The notes under the pieces: generated by a model
What the model was told of the DNA's origin: nothing
The model's database searches: none
Seen by the model: only the letters and a program-made list of their open reading frames with translations
Part shown: one piece after another, positions 18,618 to 27,143 of the stretch
Position numbering within the stretch: the first letter of the stretch is position 1
How the letters are laid out: each line of letters begins with the position of its first letter
Assembly: GCA_038102935.1 (NCBI GenBank)
Contig: JAYNYG010000002.1
Location: 62,027-126,026, forward strand
DNA: 64,000 bases
Reading direction: 5' to 3'
Source of the DNA: Alphaproteobacteria bacterium
Lineage (GTDB): Bacteria; Pseudomonadota; Alphaproteobacteria; Bin95
Program-made: the position numbers and the translations under genes

Positions 18618-19748
18618 ATGTCTCACGATCTCGCCATCCTCGGCGGCCATATCATTGATCCCGCAAACGGCGTCGACGCAGTAACGGATATCGCCTTCAA
18701 AGATGCGGCTGTATCGGCCATTGGCGCCGATGCGAGCGCCGGCGCCGCAGAGACCATCAACGCTGACGGGCTTTACGTAACACCCGGCTTGATCGACCTG
18801 CACACGCATATTTATTGGGGCGGCACCTCACTCGGCGTGGACCCGGATGCGTATATGCGCCAGTCCGGCTGTACGACGCTCGCAGACGCCGGGAGCGCTG
18901 GCCCCGGCAATTTCCACGGGTTTCGCGCGCATATCATCGAGCCCTCGAAGGCCCGGATACTCGCCTATATCAACGCCAGTTTCGCCGGAATTTTCGCTTT
19001 CAGCCCGGCGGTGATGGTGGGCGAATCCGGCGATATTCGGCTGCTGAATCCGATGGAGGTCGTGCGCGTCGGCAATGAGAACCGCGATGTGATCGTCGGC
19101 GTGAAAGTGCGCGTCGGCCTGGTTGCGTCCGGCGGGATTGGGGCTGCGCCGCTTGATATCGCCATTGAGGCCGCAGATGCGCTTGGCATGCCGGTGATGG
19201 CGCATCTGGACCACCCGCCGCCGTCCCGCCTTGAAGTGCTCTCCCGCCTCCGCCCTGGCGATATCCTGACCCACTGCTACCGCCCCTTCCCCGCAGCGCC
19301 CACCGCCATGGATGGCCGTGTTCGGGAGGAAGTGTTGGCGGCGAAAGAAATGGGCGTCATCTTCGATATCGGCCACGGCAAAGGTTCATTTTCCTGGTCG
19401 GTGGCGGAAGCGATGATGGGCGCAGGTTTGCCGCCGGATTGCATTTCATCCGACGTGCACACGATGTCCGCACCCGGCCCAGCAGTCGATCAACTCGTGA
19501 CACTCTCCAAATTCCTGCATCTCGGCATGGGTTTGAGCGACATCATCGCCGCCTCCACCATCAACCCGGCCAAAGCCATGGGCCGCCCAGAACTCGGCGG
19601 CCTGGCCATCGGCGGCCCCGGTGACGCGACATTGCTAAGGATAGACAATGGCGCCTTCCCCCTGACAGACGCCAACGGCGTTACCGTCGAAGCCAACCGC
19701 CGCTTAGCGCGGGCGGGGATTGTTCGGGATGGGGCGGTTTTGCGTTAG
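18618..19748 (+). CDS. Amidohydrolase/deacetylase-family metallohydrolase (dihydroorotase-like)
   Basis: PGLIDLHTH, DAGSAG, GVKVR, PVMAH, GDILTHCY, FDIGHG.GSF, ISSDVH. Confidence 0.88.
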   Translation: MSHDLAILGGHIIDPANGVDAVTDIAFKDAAVSAIGADASAGAAETINADGLYVTPGLIDLHTHIYWGGTSLGVDPDAYMRQSGCTTLADAGSAGPGNFHGFRAHIIEPSKARILAYINASFAGIFAFSPAVMVGESGDIRLLNPMEVVRVGNENRDVIVGVKVRVGLVASGGIGAAPLDIAIEAADALGMPVMAHLDHPPPSRLEVLSRLRPGDILTHCYRPFPAAPTAMDGRVREEVLAAKEMGVIFDIGHGKGSFSWSVAEAMMGAGLPPDCISSDVHTMSAPGPAVDQLVTLSKFLHLGMGLSDIIAASTINPAKAMGRPELGGLAIGGPGDATLLRIDNGAFPLTDANGVTVEANRRLARAGIVRDGAVLR

Positions 19749-19843
19749 ACGAGCAAGGCTAACCTGAACTCGAATTCAACTAGCCCGGGAGGCTTGCTTC
19801 CGGCATACTGAAACGACCAAACGCTGGGCGCGTTTTCAGTAGG

Positions 19844-22800
19844 ATGATTTTGAAGTTGGCGAACACTGGCACTGCAGTTTTGGACCAAGATTTGGCAAAG
19901 GAAAATCCAAATGCCGTCGGGCTTGCAGACGCTATTTGCAGTGCAATCGAGCGCCTAACCGCTGAACCGCTGAAAATCACAACGCCAGATCGCCCGCTGC
20001 CGCTTTATCGCGATATGACTGCAAGGCACCGCGCCGGCGCCGTTGGGGTGCTGCTTGGCGCCGCCCGCGCGCCGCACTTGCGCAAAATCGGCGCAAATCT
20101 GCAAAAACTTGCGGGCGATTCGCCATTGGCCAATGTTGCCTTCGCTGAGGCTGAACCCGCAGCCCACCAAGCCGCTGCAGAGGTTACGCATGCGCGCACA
20201 CAGATGATCGCTGATCTCCGCGAGCATCCGAAAGGCGCCAAACCAGCCCGCATACTGCTGGACGCAACGCATCTCTTACAGCTTGGAGATATAGATGGCG
20301 CCAAAGCCAAACAGGCGGCGTTGTCCGGCGCTGATCCAAAATTCAGGCGCATTCTTCAGATGCGCATTCTGGACGCCGAAGGCTTCATCGCGGACGCCGA
20401 CCGGCTCGCCCTGCAAATTCAACGAATGCACCCAGATACCCTGCCGCCTTACGCTGGCATTGCAGCAGAATACCGCCGGGTCGGCAGCGTTGAATTGCCT
20501 GCGCCGGACGCCGCTGCTCTCACTCCGGCAGCTGTCAACGCTTATCTCCGTTATCTGATTTTGAACGACAAACGAGACGCGGCCATCGCCTTTGCCGCAG
20601 AGCAACATACGCTTGTCGGCGGGTCCCTGGCGCTGCTGGCGCGTGCGGCATCTGTCGTGCTTGCGGTGGAGGGGCATGGGTCTGGCGTTTGGCGCCGGAT
20701 CATCACTGCGGCTGAGACGTTACCGGTGACGTCAAAGGTCGCATTCATGTCAATCACTGCGGAACTGACGCCGCACCGGGTTGCAAGCCTGCTCGATGAA
20801 GCGGTTATCGTCGCTGAAGACGCGAACTGCACACAATGGACTCCGTTGATTGAACGCGGATATGCACTTGCCGAGCCGCCGCCCACCGGTGCGCCAACAC
20901 TGAACGCCGCCCTTTCCGCGCTCCTAACGATTAAGGATGCGCGCGCCATCACGCCTCGGCCTCACCTACACCAGGCGGCGGCAGAACACGGCATCATCGT
21001 CGCGGACGAAAGCACAAACACCGCCATCTTCCGTGCCCGCACGACCGCCAATGCCGCGGCTGACTTAGTCCCCGCCGGGGAACGACAAACCTTGACACCG
21101 CGCGCCGCGCAATTTCTGCAAGAAACCCGGAAAGCCGGGTCTGGGCTGGTTTTATTGTCCGCCCACGGCGTTCGGCTGGGCCGAGGCAATTACTTGTCCG
21201 CCGCAGCGGCCGCACTGGCTGGATTTTCCGTAAAAACGGTCGTCGCCTTCGACGGCATTGAGTTTGAGCAACGCTTCCAAAGCTATATCGATACGCTCAC
21301 GAGTCAGGGCGGGCGGATCGAGATCGTTAATCGCAAAGGCGGCGATGTCGCGGAAGAAACGCTCGCAATGCTTGCTCATTTGGGTGAGGGCGGCGCGATC
21401 GATATAGCGCCAGACGGTATCTACACCATCGGCCAAAAAACGGCGGCGCCATGGCTGATGCAGCCGATGCCGATATCGATCTATGCAGCCCAGCTTGCCG
21501 TCGCCAAGGGCGCTGCTGCTGCATTCACGTCTGTCACGCCGGAGCCAAACGGGCGGATAATCGTCGATATGATTCCGCTGGCGCTGCCGCCTGCAACCGG
21601 CGCATTGCCCGTGCGCGCCGCATGGCTGACACAGCGCCTGGCGCGAACGATCCGCCAAGCAACATTGGCCTCTGAAACGCCCGTGAGCATGAGCGGACTT
21701 GTGGAAGGCGGCGGACGCCCTGCGCACAGAACTTTACTGCCCTTGGCTCAATGGGGTGAAGATCCAGTCGTTCGGCAAAGCCTCTGCGGCTGGCTTGCTA
21801 GCATGCCAACCACCCCTGAAGAAATCGCGTTCCAAGGGCCAAACGGTGCAACACCTTTCGGCGCATTGCGGGATTATGCGCTTTCTTCCGCCGCGATGTT
21901 GTTGCATTTCCAGGCGGGTAAGCCAGCGCATCTCCACCCAAACCGGCGGTTTCTCCATCAACACCGCGTCCTAACGATCCTACCCGATGGTGAGGCGGCG
22001 TTAGCGCTCAGCCTTGGCGCACTCGCCGCTGGCAGCCTAATTTCAGTCAACGGCGATGATACCGCGCCAGCCGCTCTCGCTGACCGCGTACGCGCCTTCA
22101 AGCCTGACCTGATCATCGCAGGCGCTTCCATTTGGAGCAGCGTGCTCGGCGCGAACGCCAGGCTCAACCGCTTCAACGTATTAATTACCGATGATGCAGG
22201 CGACGCCGCAGCTATAAGGGATCTGACATACAGCTTCCCGCCAGCGACCGAACTGCCGTTGATGGCGGAAGGTATGCCTGGAGTAGCGGTATTCACGTCT
22301 GGTAGTGACGGCGCGCCCAAGGGTGTTGTCGTGCCGAATACAGTACTGTCTGGCGGCACAGGGCTGGACAAGCTCCTACCACTAAGCGCTGGAGACCGCG
22401 TTGCCTATTTCACGCGATGGGACGCGATCGGCATTGTAGATATTCTGGCATGCCTTCGCGGCGGAGCTGCCATCATCAAACCAGCGAAAGGCTTAGCCAA
22501 CAGCGCTGAGGCGTTATTGAATTGGATCACCGACGAAGGCGTCTCGGTCGTCTCACTGCCGGCGAGCTTATGGGCGGGAATTAGCCGAAATGCCGCAATG
22601 CGCACGTCACCTTTGGCGCAGCTGCGCGCCGGGATCATGTGGGGCGAGCGCATTGAAACGCAGACTGTGCGCCAAATGGCTGAAGTCGCGCTAAACTGCG
22701 CGATGTTCACAACCTTTGGCGCAAGCGAAGCGACCTATATGTCATTTGGCCAATTGGACCCCGCAGCGCTTGATGGCCCGTTTAGCCCTGGCGGCAAGCC

Positions 22801-23650
22801 TGCTCCCAGCATGAAGCTTACGATCACCTCTGGCGTTACAAGCGCGCAAGGAGCGGGCGCAGAAGAAGACCCGGCGACGACGCCAGATACGACGCTGAAC
22901 GTAACAGGTCCCAATGTGATGCTGGGCTATTTCGCTGACCTCGCGGACGCGAATGCACTGCTCACCCCTCATTCAGACCGTTCAATTGTGCTGACTGACC
23001 AGATCCGCCTATCGGCTGCTGGCGATGTCGAAATCTATGGTCGCCGCGACGCGATCATCAAGATCAGTGGCCGCAGGGTATCTCTAATGGAAGCGCAGAC
23101 TGTAGCGGAGACCGTACCCGGCGTGCGCCGCGCCGTCGCATTCGTTCTAAAAGACGGCGCGCGAGATAGGATCGCGCTCGCCTTGGAAAGCGACAGCCAA
23201 GACCCGTCTGCGCTAAAGCTACTGGCGGCAAAGGCCATCGCCGATAGCATCTTCCCTGGCGCTCGCCCGCAGCGGATTGCGGTTCTCTCTGAATTCCCAG
23301 CCGGCCCAAGCGGCAAGTTGGACAGGGCAAAACTCCGCGCTGCGGCGACAATGGCTGTGAATGCAGACGCACCCCCAATCGCCGTCCCGGCCCCGCCAAT
23401 TGCCAGCGCCCCGCAAACGCCGCGCACATTCTTGAGCGCGCTGGAAGAATGGGCGACCTATAATGCAATGGCGCCAGCGGGCCGGTTCAACCCGGACGCC
23501 CGCCCGCCAGAATTGGATTCAATCGATATCATGGACCTGATGCTTTTGGCCGAGGAAACCTCGGGCAAAACCGGATCGACTGCTGTGTTTGGCGGCGATG
23601 GGCCGAGCAGTTGGCGTGCATTGGCTGCAGCCCTGGCGCCGGGCGGATAG
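19844..23650 (+). CDS. Multidomain protein: helical/TPR-like N-terminus + LpxL-like acyltransferase + adenylation domain + carrier protein
   Basis: GLVLLSAH...HLGEGGAIDIAPDG...AAQLAVAKGA (lipid A acyltransferase fold); FTSGSDGAPKGV, WD, FGASEA, GPNVMLGYF, YGRRDAIIKISGRRVS, PSGKLDR (ANL motifs); LDSIDIMDL (phosphopantetheine Ser1226). Confidence 0.78.
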   Translation: MILKLANTGTAVLDQDLAKENPNAVGLADAICSAIERLTAEPLKITTPDRPLPLYRDMTARHRAGAVGVLLGAARAPHLRKIGANLQKLAGDSPLANVAFAEAEPAAHQAAAEVTHARTQMIADLREHPKGAKPARILLDATHLLQLGDIDGAKAKQAALSGADPKFRRILQMRILDAEGFIADADRLALQIQRMHPDTLPPYAGIAAEYRRVGSVELPAPDAAALTPAAVNAYLRYLILNDKRDAAIAFAAEQHTLVGGSLALLARAASVVLAVEGHGSGVWRRIITAAETLPVTSKVAFMSITAELTPHRVASLLDEAVIVAEDANCTQWTPLIERGYALAEPPPTGAPTLNAALSALLTIKDARAITPRPHLHQAAAEHGIIVADESTNTAIFRARTTANAAADLVPAGERQTLTPRAAQFLQETRKAGSGLVLLSAHGVRLGRGNYLSAAAAALAGFSVKTVVAFDGIEFEQRFQSYIDTLTSQGGRIEIVNRKGGDVAEETLAMLAHLGEGGAIDIAPDGIYTIGQKTAAPWLMQPMPISIYAAQLAVAKGAAAAFTSVTPEPNGRIIVDMIPLALPPATGALPVRAAWLTQRLARTIRQATLASETPVSMSGLVEGGGRPAHRTLLPLAQWGEDPVVRQSLCGWLASMPTTPEEIAFQGPNGATPFGALRDYALSSAAMLLHFQAGKPAHLHPNRRFLHQHRVLTILPDGEAALALSLGALAAGSLISVNGDDTAPAALADRVRAFKPDLIIAGASIWSSVLGANARLNRFNVLITDDAGDAAAIRDLTYSFPPATELPLMAEGMPGVAVFTSGSDGAPKGVVVPNTVLSGGTGLDKLLPLSAGDRVAYFTRWDAIGIVDILACLRGGAAIIKPAKGLANSAEALLNWITDEGVSVVSLPASLWAGISRNAAMRTSPLAQLRAGIMWGERIETQTVRQMAEVALNCAMFTTFGASEATYMSFGQLDPAALDGPFSPGGKPAPSMKLTITSGVTSAQGAGAEEDPATTPDTTLNVTGPNVMLGYFADLADANALLTPHSDRSIVLTDQIRLSAAGDVEIYGRRDAIIKISGRRVSLMEAQTVAETVPGVRRAVAFVLKDGARDRIALALESDSQDPSALKLLAAKAIADSIFPGARPQRIAVLSEFPAGPSGKLDRAKLRAAATMAVNADAPPIAVPAPPIASAPQTPRTFLSALEEWATYNAMAPAGRFNPDARPPELDSIDIMDLMLLAEETSGKTGSTAVFGGDGPSSWRALAAALAPGG

Positions 23651-23659
23651 ACATCATCA

Positions 23660-25501
23660 ATGACAGAAAATGATCCGCAAAACGCCGAACTCGAAAACGC
23701 TAAGAAGAAGCACCAATCGCTGGCGGCTGACTACAGCGCCATTCGCAAAGAGAACGCCCGGCTGACAAAGCGGGCGCAGGGCCTGGAAAGTACGCTTGCC
23801 ACAGCGAATGCAAGGGTAGCGGCGCTCAACACCAAACTCGCGGCCACCCGGGATCGCAGCATCATGCTGGAGGCGCGCGCAAGGGAAACCGCAGCAGCCC
23901 TTAACGATGCGGCAAAGAAAGCAGCCATATCTGACGAAGCACGGGCGAATGCTGTTCGGTATTTTGAGCAGTTGTCAGATTTGCGCGGCCGCTTGCAAAC
24001 ACGCACTGAGGCCCTCCGCGCCACCGAGCGCCGGATCGACCGACTTGAACACACCATCAACCGCGAAGTCGAGCGCACTGTAGCCGCGACCGAGAAGATG
24101 ACGCCGGTCCGGGAGCGTAACCTCACTCTGGAAGAACGCCTCAAGACACTATCACTACGGCTCAAGTCCGCATCCGCGAAAGTCGATCTTCTAGAGACGG
24201 ACAATGATCGGCTGCGCGCGGCAGTGAGCGCGCTTGAGGTTTCTGAGGACGACGCGCAGGCGATTATTGGAGAGCCAGTCACGGCGTCGCTTGCGGCGAT
24301 AGACAAAGCAAACGAAGTCGCCGAAGCCCGCCGTGAAGCTGTATTTAGTCTCAGGAACCGGCTTGATGTCCAAAATGAGCGTGTACGCCAACTGCATACG
24401 CTAACGCCGATAAATTGGCTTTTTAACTACGGCAAAGCTGTCCTTGAAACCATGCCCGAAGATGTTGACTGCTTGCTAACTCATGGTTTGCAGCCGCTCG
24501 CAATCATGCCGTTTGCAGAGCCAGGACGCTTTCAGAAAACCATCAATGACTGCATCGAGATTCCGTCTTTGCTACAACGGGCTGTGGGCGGCAACTCTGA
24601 TCCTGTTGTCCGCGATTGGATATCCCGGGCGCTGGGCTCACACCTGCCGGAGTCGGATACCGTATTTACGGTAAGTGCCGGTCTGACCGCGCATCTGCAA
24701 TCCACAGGTTGCGAGAATGTCGTAACTCTGCCGAATTTTCGCCGCCATAGCCCTGTCCCAACGCCAAACGACCTCCGCGAACGTCTAAACATCCCGCCAG
24801 GCGCATTTGTTATTCTTTCTGCAGGAAGGGCAACGAGCGGATGGGAAGAGGCTTTACGTGGGTTTGCCCAGAGCGGGGATGATCTGCATTTGGTCAATCT
24901 CGGCCCGTTCTCGCCAGTATCATATGGCGATGAGGTCAGGGCCTTGGTCCAGACACTGGGCCTCAGTGACCGCGTGCATCTTTGCGACCCTGTTCCCTAT
25001 GCCGAATTGTCCGCTTGCTGCGCCAGCGCGGATATCGGCGTGATCATCCGTGATCCAGAGATCGGCAATCACGCGATCTCGCTGCCCAATCGCGTGTTTG
25101 ATTATCTAGCGGGCGGCCTGCCGTTTTTGGCGGCCGACATGCCGGATATAGCGAATATCATTAATCAGTTCCGCTGCGGCGAAGTATTGACTGACGTATC
25201 AGCCAGTGGATGGGCGAATGGCGTTGCAGCTGCGCGCGAAGAGCAAGCGGCGTGGCGTCAGAACGCAACAGTCGCGAACGACACAATGACATGGGAGGCC
25301 CATCTTCCTGTGCTGGAGTCGGCGTTCGAAGGGGTTAACCATGTCGCAATTGCAGGCATCGGCGATCTAACGAAGAACAATAGGACCTACCGGATCGCCG
25401 AAGACCTTATCGGGTTGGGGAAAGCAGTCAGTATTTTCACAATCCGGGAATCTGAACGAGCCCGGTTTCTAAACCTCGGCGCAACTGTAACAACAGCCTG
25501 A
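23660..25501 (+). CDS. Coiled-coil + GT4-family glycosyltransferase
   Basis: About 245-aa heptad-rich N-terminus; DTVFTVS, LPN, LRERL.IP, ILSAGR, RVH..DPVPY.EL, ADIGVI, SLPNRVFDYLAGGLP. Confidence 0.82.
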   Translation: MTENDPQNAELENAKKKHQSLAADYSAIRKENARLTKRAQGLESTLATANARVAALNTKLAATRDRSIMLEARARETAAALNDAAKKAAISDEARANAVRYFEQLSDLRGRLQTRTEALRATERRIDRLEHTINREVERTVAATEKMTPVRERNLTLEERLKTLSLRLKSASAKVDLLETDNDRLRAAVSALEVSEDDAQAIIGEPVTASLAAIDKANEVAEARREAVFSLRNRLDVQNERVRQLHTLTPINWLFNYGKAVLETMPEDVDCLLTHGLQPLAIMPFAEPGRFQKTINDCIEIPSLLQRAVGGNSDPVVRDWISRALGSHLPESDTVFTVSAGLTAHLQSTGCENVVTLPNFRRHSPVPTPNDLRERLNIPPGAFVILSAGRATSGWEEALRGFAQSGDDLHLVNLGPFSPVSYGDEVRALVQTLGLSDRVHLCDPVPYAELSACCASADIGVIIRDPEIGNHAISLPNRVFDYLAGGLPFLAADMPDIANIINQFRCGEVLTDVSASGWANGVAAAREEQAAWRQNATVANDTMTWEAHLPVLESAFEGVNHVAIAGIGDLTKNNRTYRIAEDLIGLGKAVSIFTIRESERARFLNLGATVTTA

Positions 25502-25502
25502 G

Positions 25503-26639
25503 ATGGCGATGGGGAGGAAGGGCGTGTTCGCTTTGGTTGTCGGCACGCGACCAAGTTTCATTATGGCCGCCCCGATCATTGCGGCGTTTGATGATGCGGG
25601 CGCGGCACTTAAAGTTCTGCATTCGGCGCAGCATTATTCCGAAAACATGGATGACGTGTTTTTCCGGGATCTTGGCATCCGCCAGCCGGACCATCGCCTC
25701 ACGGCGCAACCTGATCAGAAATCCCCAGCACGGCAAATCGCCCATATCATGATCGGCGTGGAAGATTGGCTACGGGCTGAGACGCCCCAAGCGCTTATGG
25801 TGCTCGGCGACACAAACTCCAACCTCGGCGCTGCATTGGCCACCCGCAAACTGAATGTGCCATTGGCGCATGTTGAAGCTGGTGAGCGCTCTGGCGACTT
25901 GGCCCAGGCGGAAGAGCAAAACCGGCGCCTGATCGACCATATGGCGGACGTGAATTTCGCCACGAACGCCCGCAGCTGCGCCAATCTCAAGGCGGAAGGC
26001 ATTCCGGACGCGCGGATACTCATAACCGGCAATCCCATTGTCGATGCTGTCCTGAAGAACCGCGACAAGGCGGCTGCGCTTGACCTGAGCGATAGGCCAT
26101 ACAGCGACAACCTCAAAGGCAAGTTCGGCGTGATGACGCTGCATCGCCAGGAGAATGTCGACGATCCTGACCGGCTGCCTGTCATCCTCAGGGACATCCA
26201 AGCAGGCGCCGCTGCCGCCGGCGCGCCCGTTATATTTTTTGCCCACCCACGCACTCTAGCGCGCATAAACGAACAAGAATTGATGCCAGGTCTGGAAAGC
26301 GATCCAAATATTATGATCCTGCCGGGCGCTGGATATCATGAATTTGTCGCCGTGCTGCAGCGTGCATCATTCTGCGTTACGGATTCTGGCGGCGTTCAAC
26401 AAGAAGCCTGCATTGTCGGCGTGCCTGCCGTTACGATTATGGATGAAACACCCTGGCCGGACACCATTTCGAATGGCGCCAATGAGCTCTGCCGCCCTGC
26501 CGTCGATCCCATTACGCCGGCAATTGGGCGCGCCATGCAGAAGTCCTATGCCACATCGCCTTGGTCCCAACCATTTGGGGATGGCGACACCGGCGCGCGC
26601 ATTCTACAAGTGCTGGTCGAGCGCTTCGGAACTCGCTAA
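25503..26639 (+). CDS. wecB: UDP-N-acetylglucosamine 2-epimerase (non-hydrolysing, WecB-like)
   Basis: VGTRP, QHYS..M, VLGDTNS, HVEAG.RS, EE.NR, TGNPIVD, TLHRQENVD, TDSGGVQQEA, PFGDG. Confidence 0.85.
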   Translation: MAMGRKGVFALVVGTRPSFIMAAPIIAAFDDAGAALKVLHSAQHYSENMDDVFFRDLGIRQPDHRLTAQPDQKSPARQIAHIMIGVEDWLRAETPQALMVLGDTNSNLGAALATRKLNVPLAHVEAGERSGDLAQAEEQNRRLIDHMADVNFATNARSCANLKAEGIPDARILITGNPIVDAVLKNRDKAAALDLSDRPYSDNLKGKFGVMTLHRQENVDDPDRLPVILRDIQAGAAAAGAPVIFFAHPRTLARINEQELMPGLESDPNIMILPGAGYHEFVAVLQRASFCVTDSGGVQQEACIVGVPAVTIMDETPWPDTISNGANELCRPAVDPITPAIGRAMQKSYATSPWSQPFGDGDTGARILQVLVERFGTR

Positions 26640-26648
26640 ATAAGCGTC

Positions 26649-27143
26649 ATGCCAAAAGTTCTCGTAGATGCAGACGCCTGCCCCGTAAAGGCAGAGATTT
26701 ATAAGGTTGCGGCGCGGTATCAGGCGCAGGTGATCGTGGTCGCCAATAGCTATTTACGGATACCTGATGATCCTATGATCCGCCAGGTTACCGTCAGCGA
26801 CGGGTTTGATGCGGCGGATGATTGGATTGCTGAGAATGCGGACGCCACATGCGTCGTCATCACGTCCGACATTCTGTTGGCTGAACGCTGTGTGAAGGCA
26901 GGCGCCTTGGTGCTGGCGCCCAATGGCAAGCCGTTTACAGAAAACTCCATCGGCGCCGCCGTTGCGACGCGGGCTATCATGGCGGATTTGCGGGCGGGCG
27001 CCGTCGGCGAGCAAATCGGCGGGCCGCCGCCATTTCAGAACAAGGACCGCTCGCGATTTCTGTCAGCGCTCGATGAAGCGCTAGTGCGCTTGAAGCGCCA
27101 GGCGAAAGCTACGCCTCCCCCACCGCCCCCAGCGCTTGGCTAA
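26649..27143 (+). CDS. YaiI/YqxD (UPF0178) family protein
   Basis: VDADACPVK, DAADDWI, ITSDILLA, GGPPPF...DRSRFL. Confidence 0.92.
   Translation: MPKVLVDADACPVKAEIYKVAARYQAQVIVVANSYLRIPDDPMIRQVTVSDGFDAADDWIAENADATCVVITSDILLAERCVKAGALVLAPNGKPFTENSIGAAVATRAIMADLRAGAVGEQIGGPPPFQNKDRSRFLSALDEALVRLKRQAKATPPPPPPALG

Noticed and set aside
19844-23650. Classical NRPS/PKS secondary-metabolite cluster
   Set aside because: No condensation, ketosynthase, thioesterase or reductase domain; the context is glycan modification
27109-27143. 35-nt convergent overlap between the yaiI-like gene and the monooxygenase, giving a poly-Pro tail
   Set aside because: Ordinary stop-codon drift at convergent 3' ends
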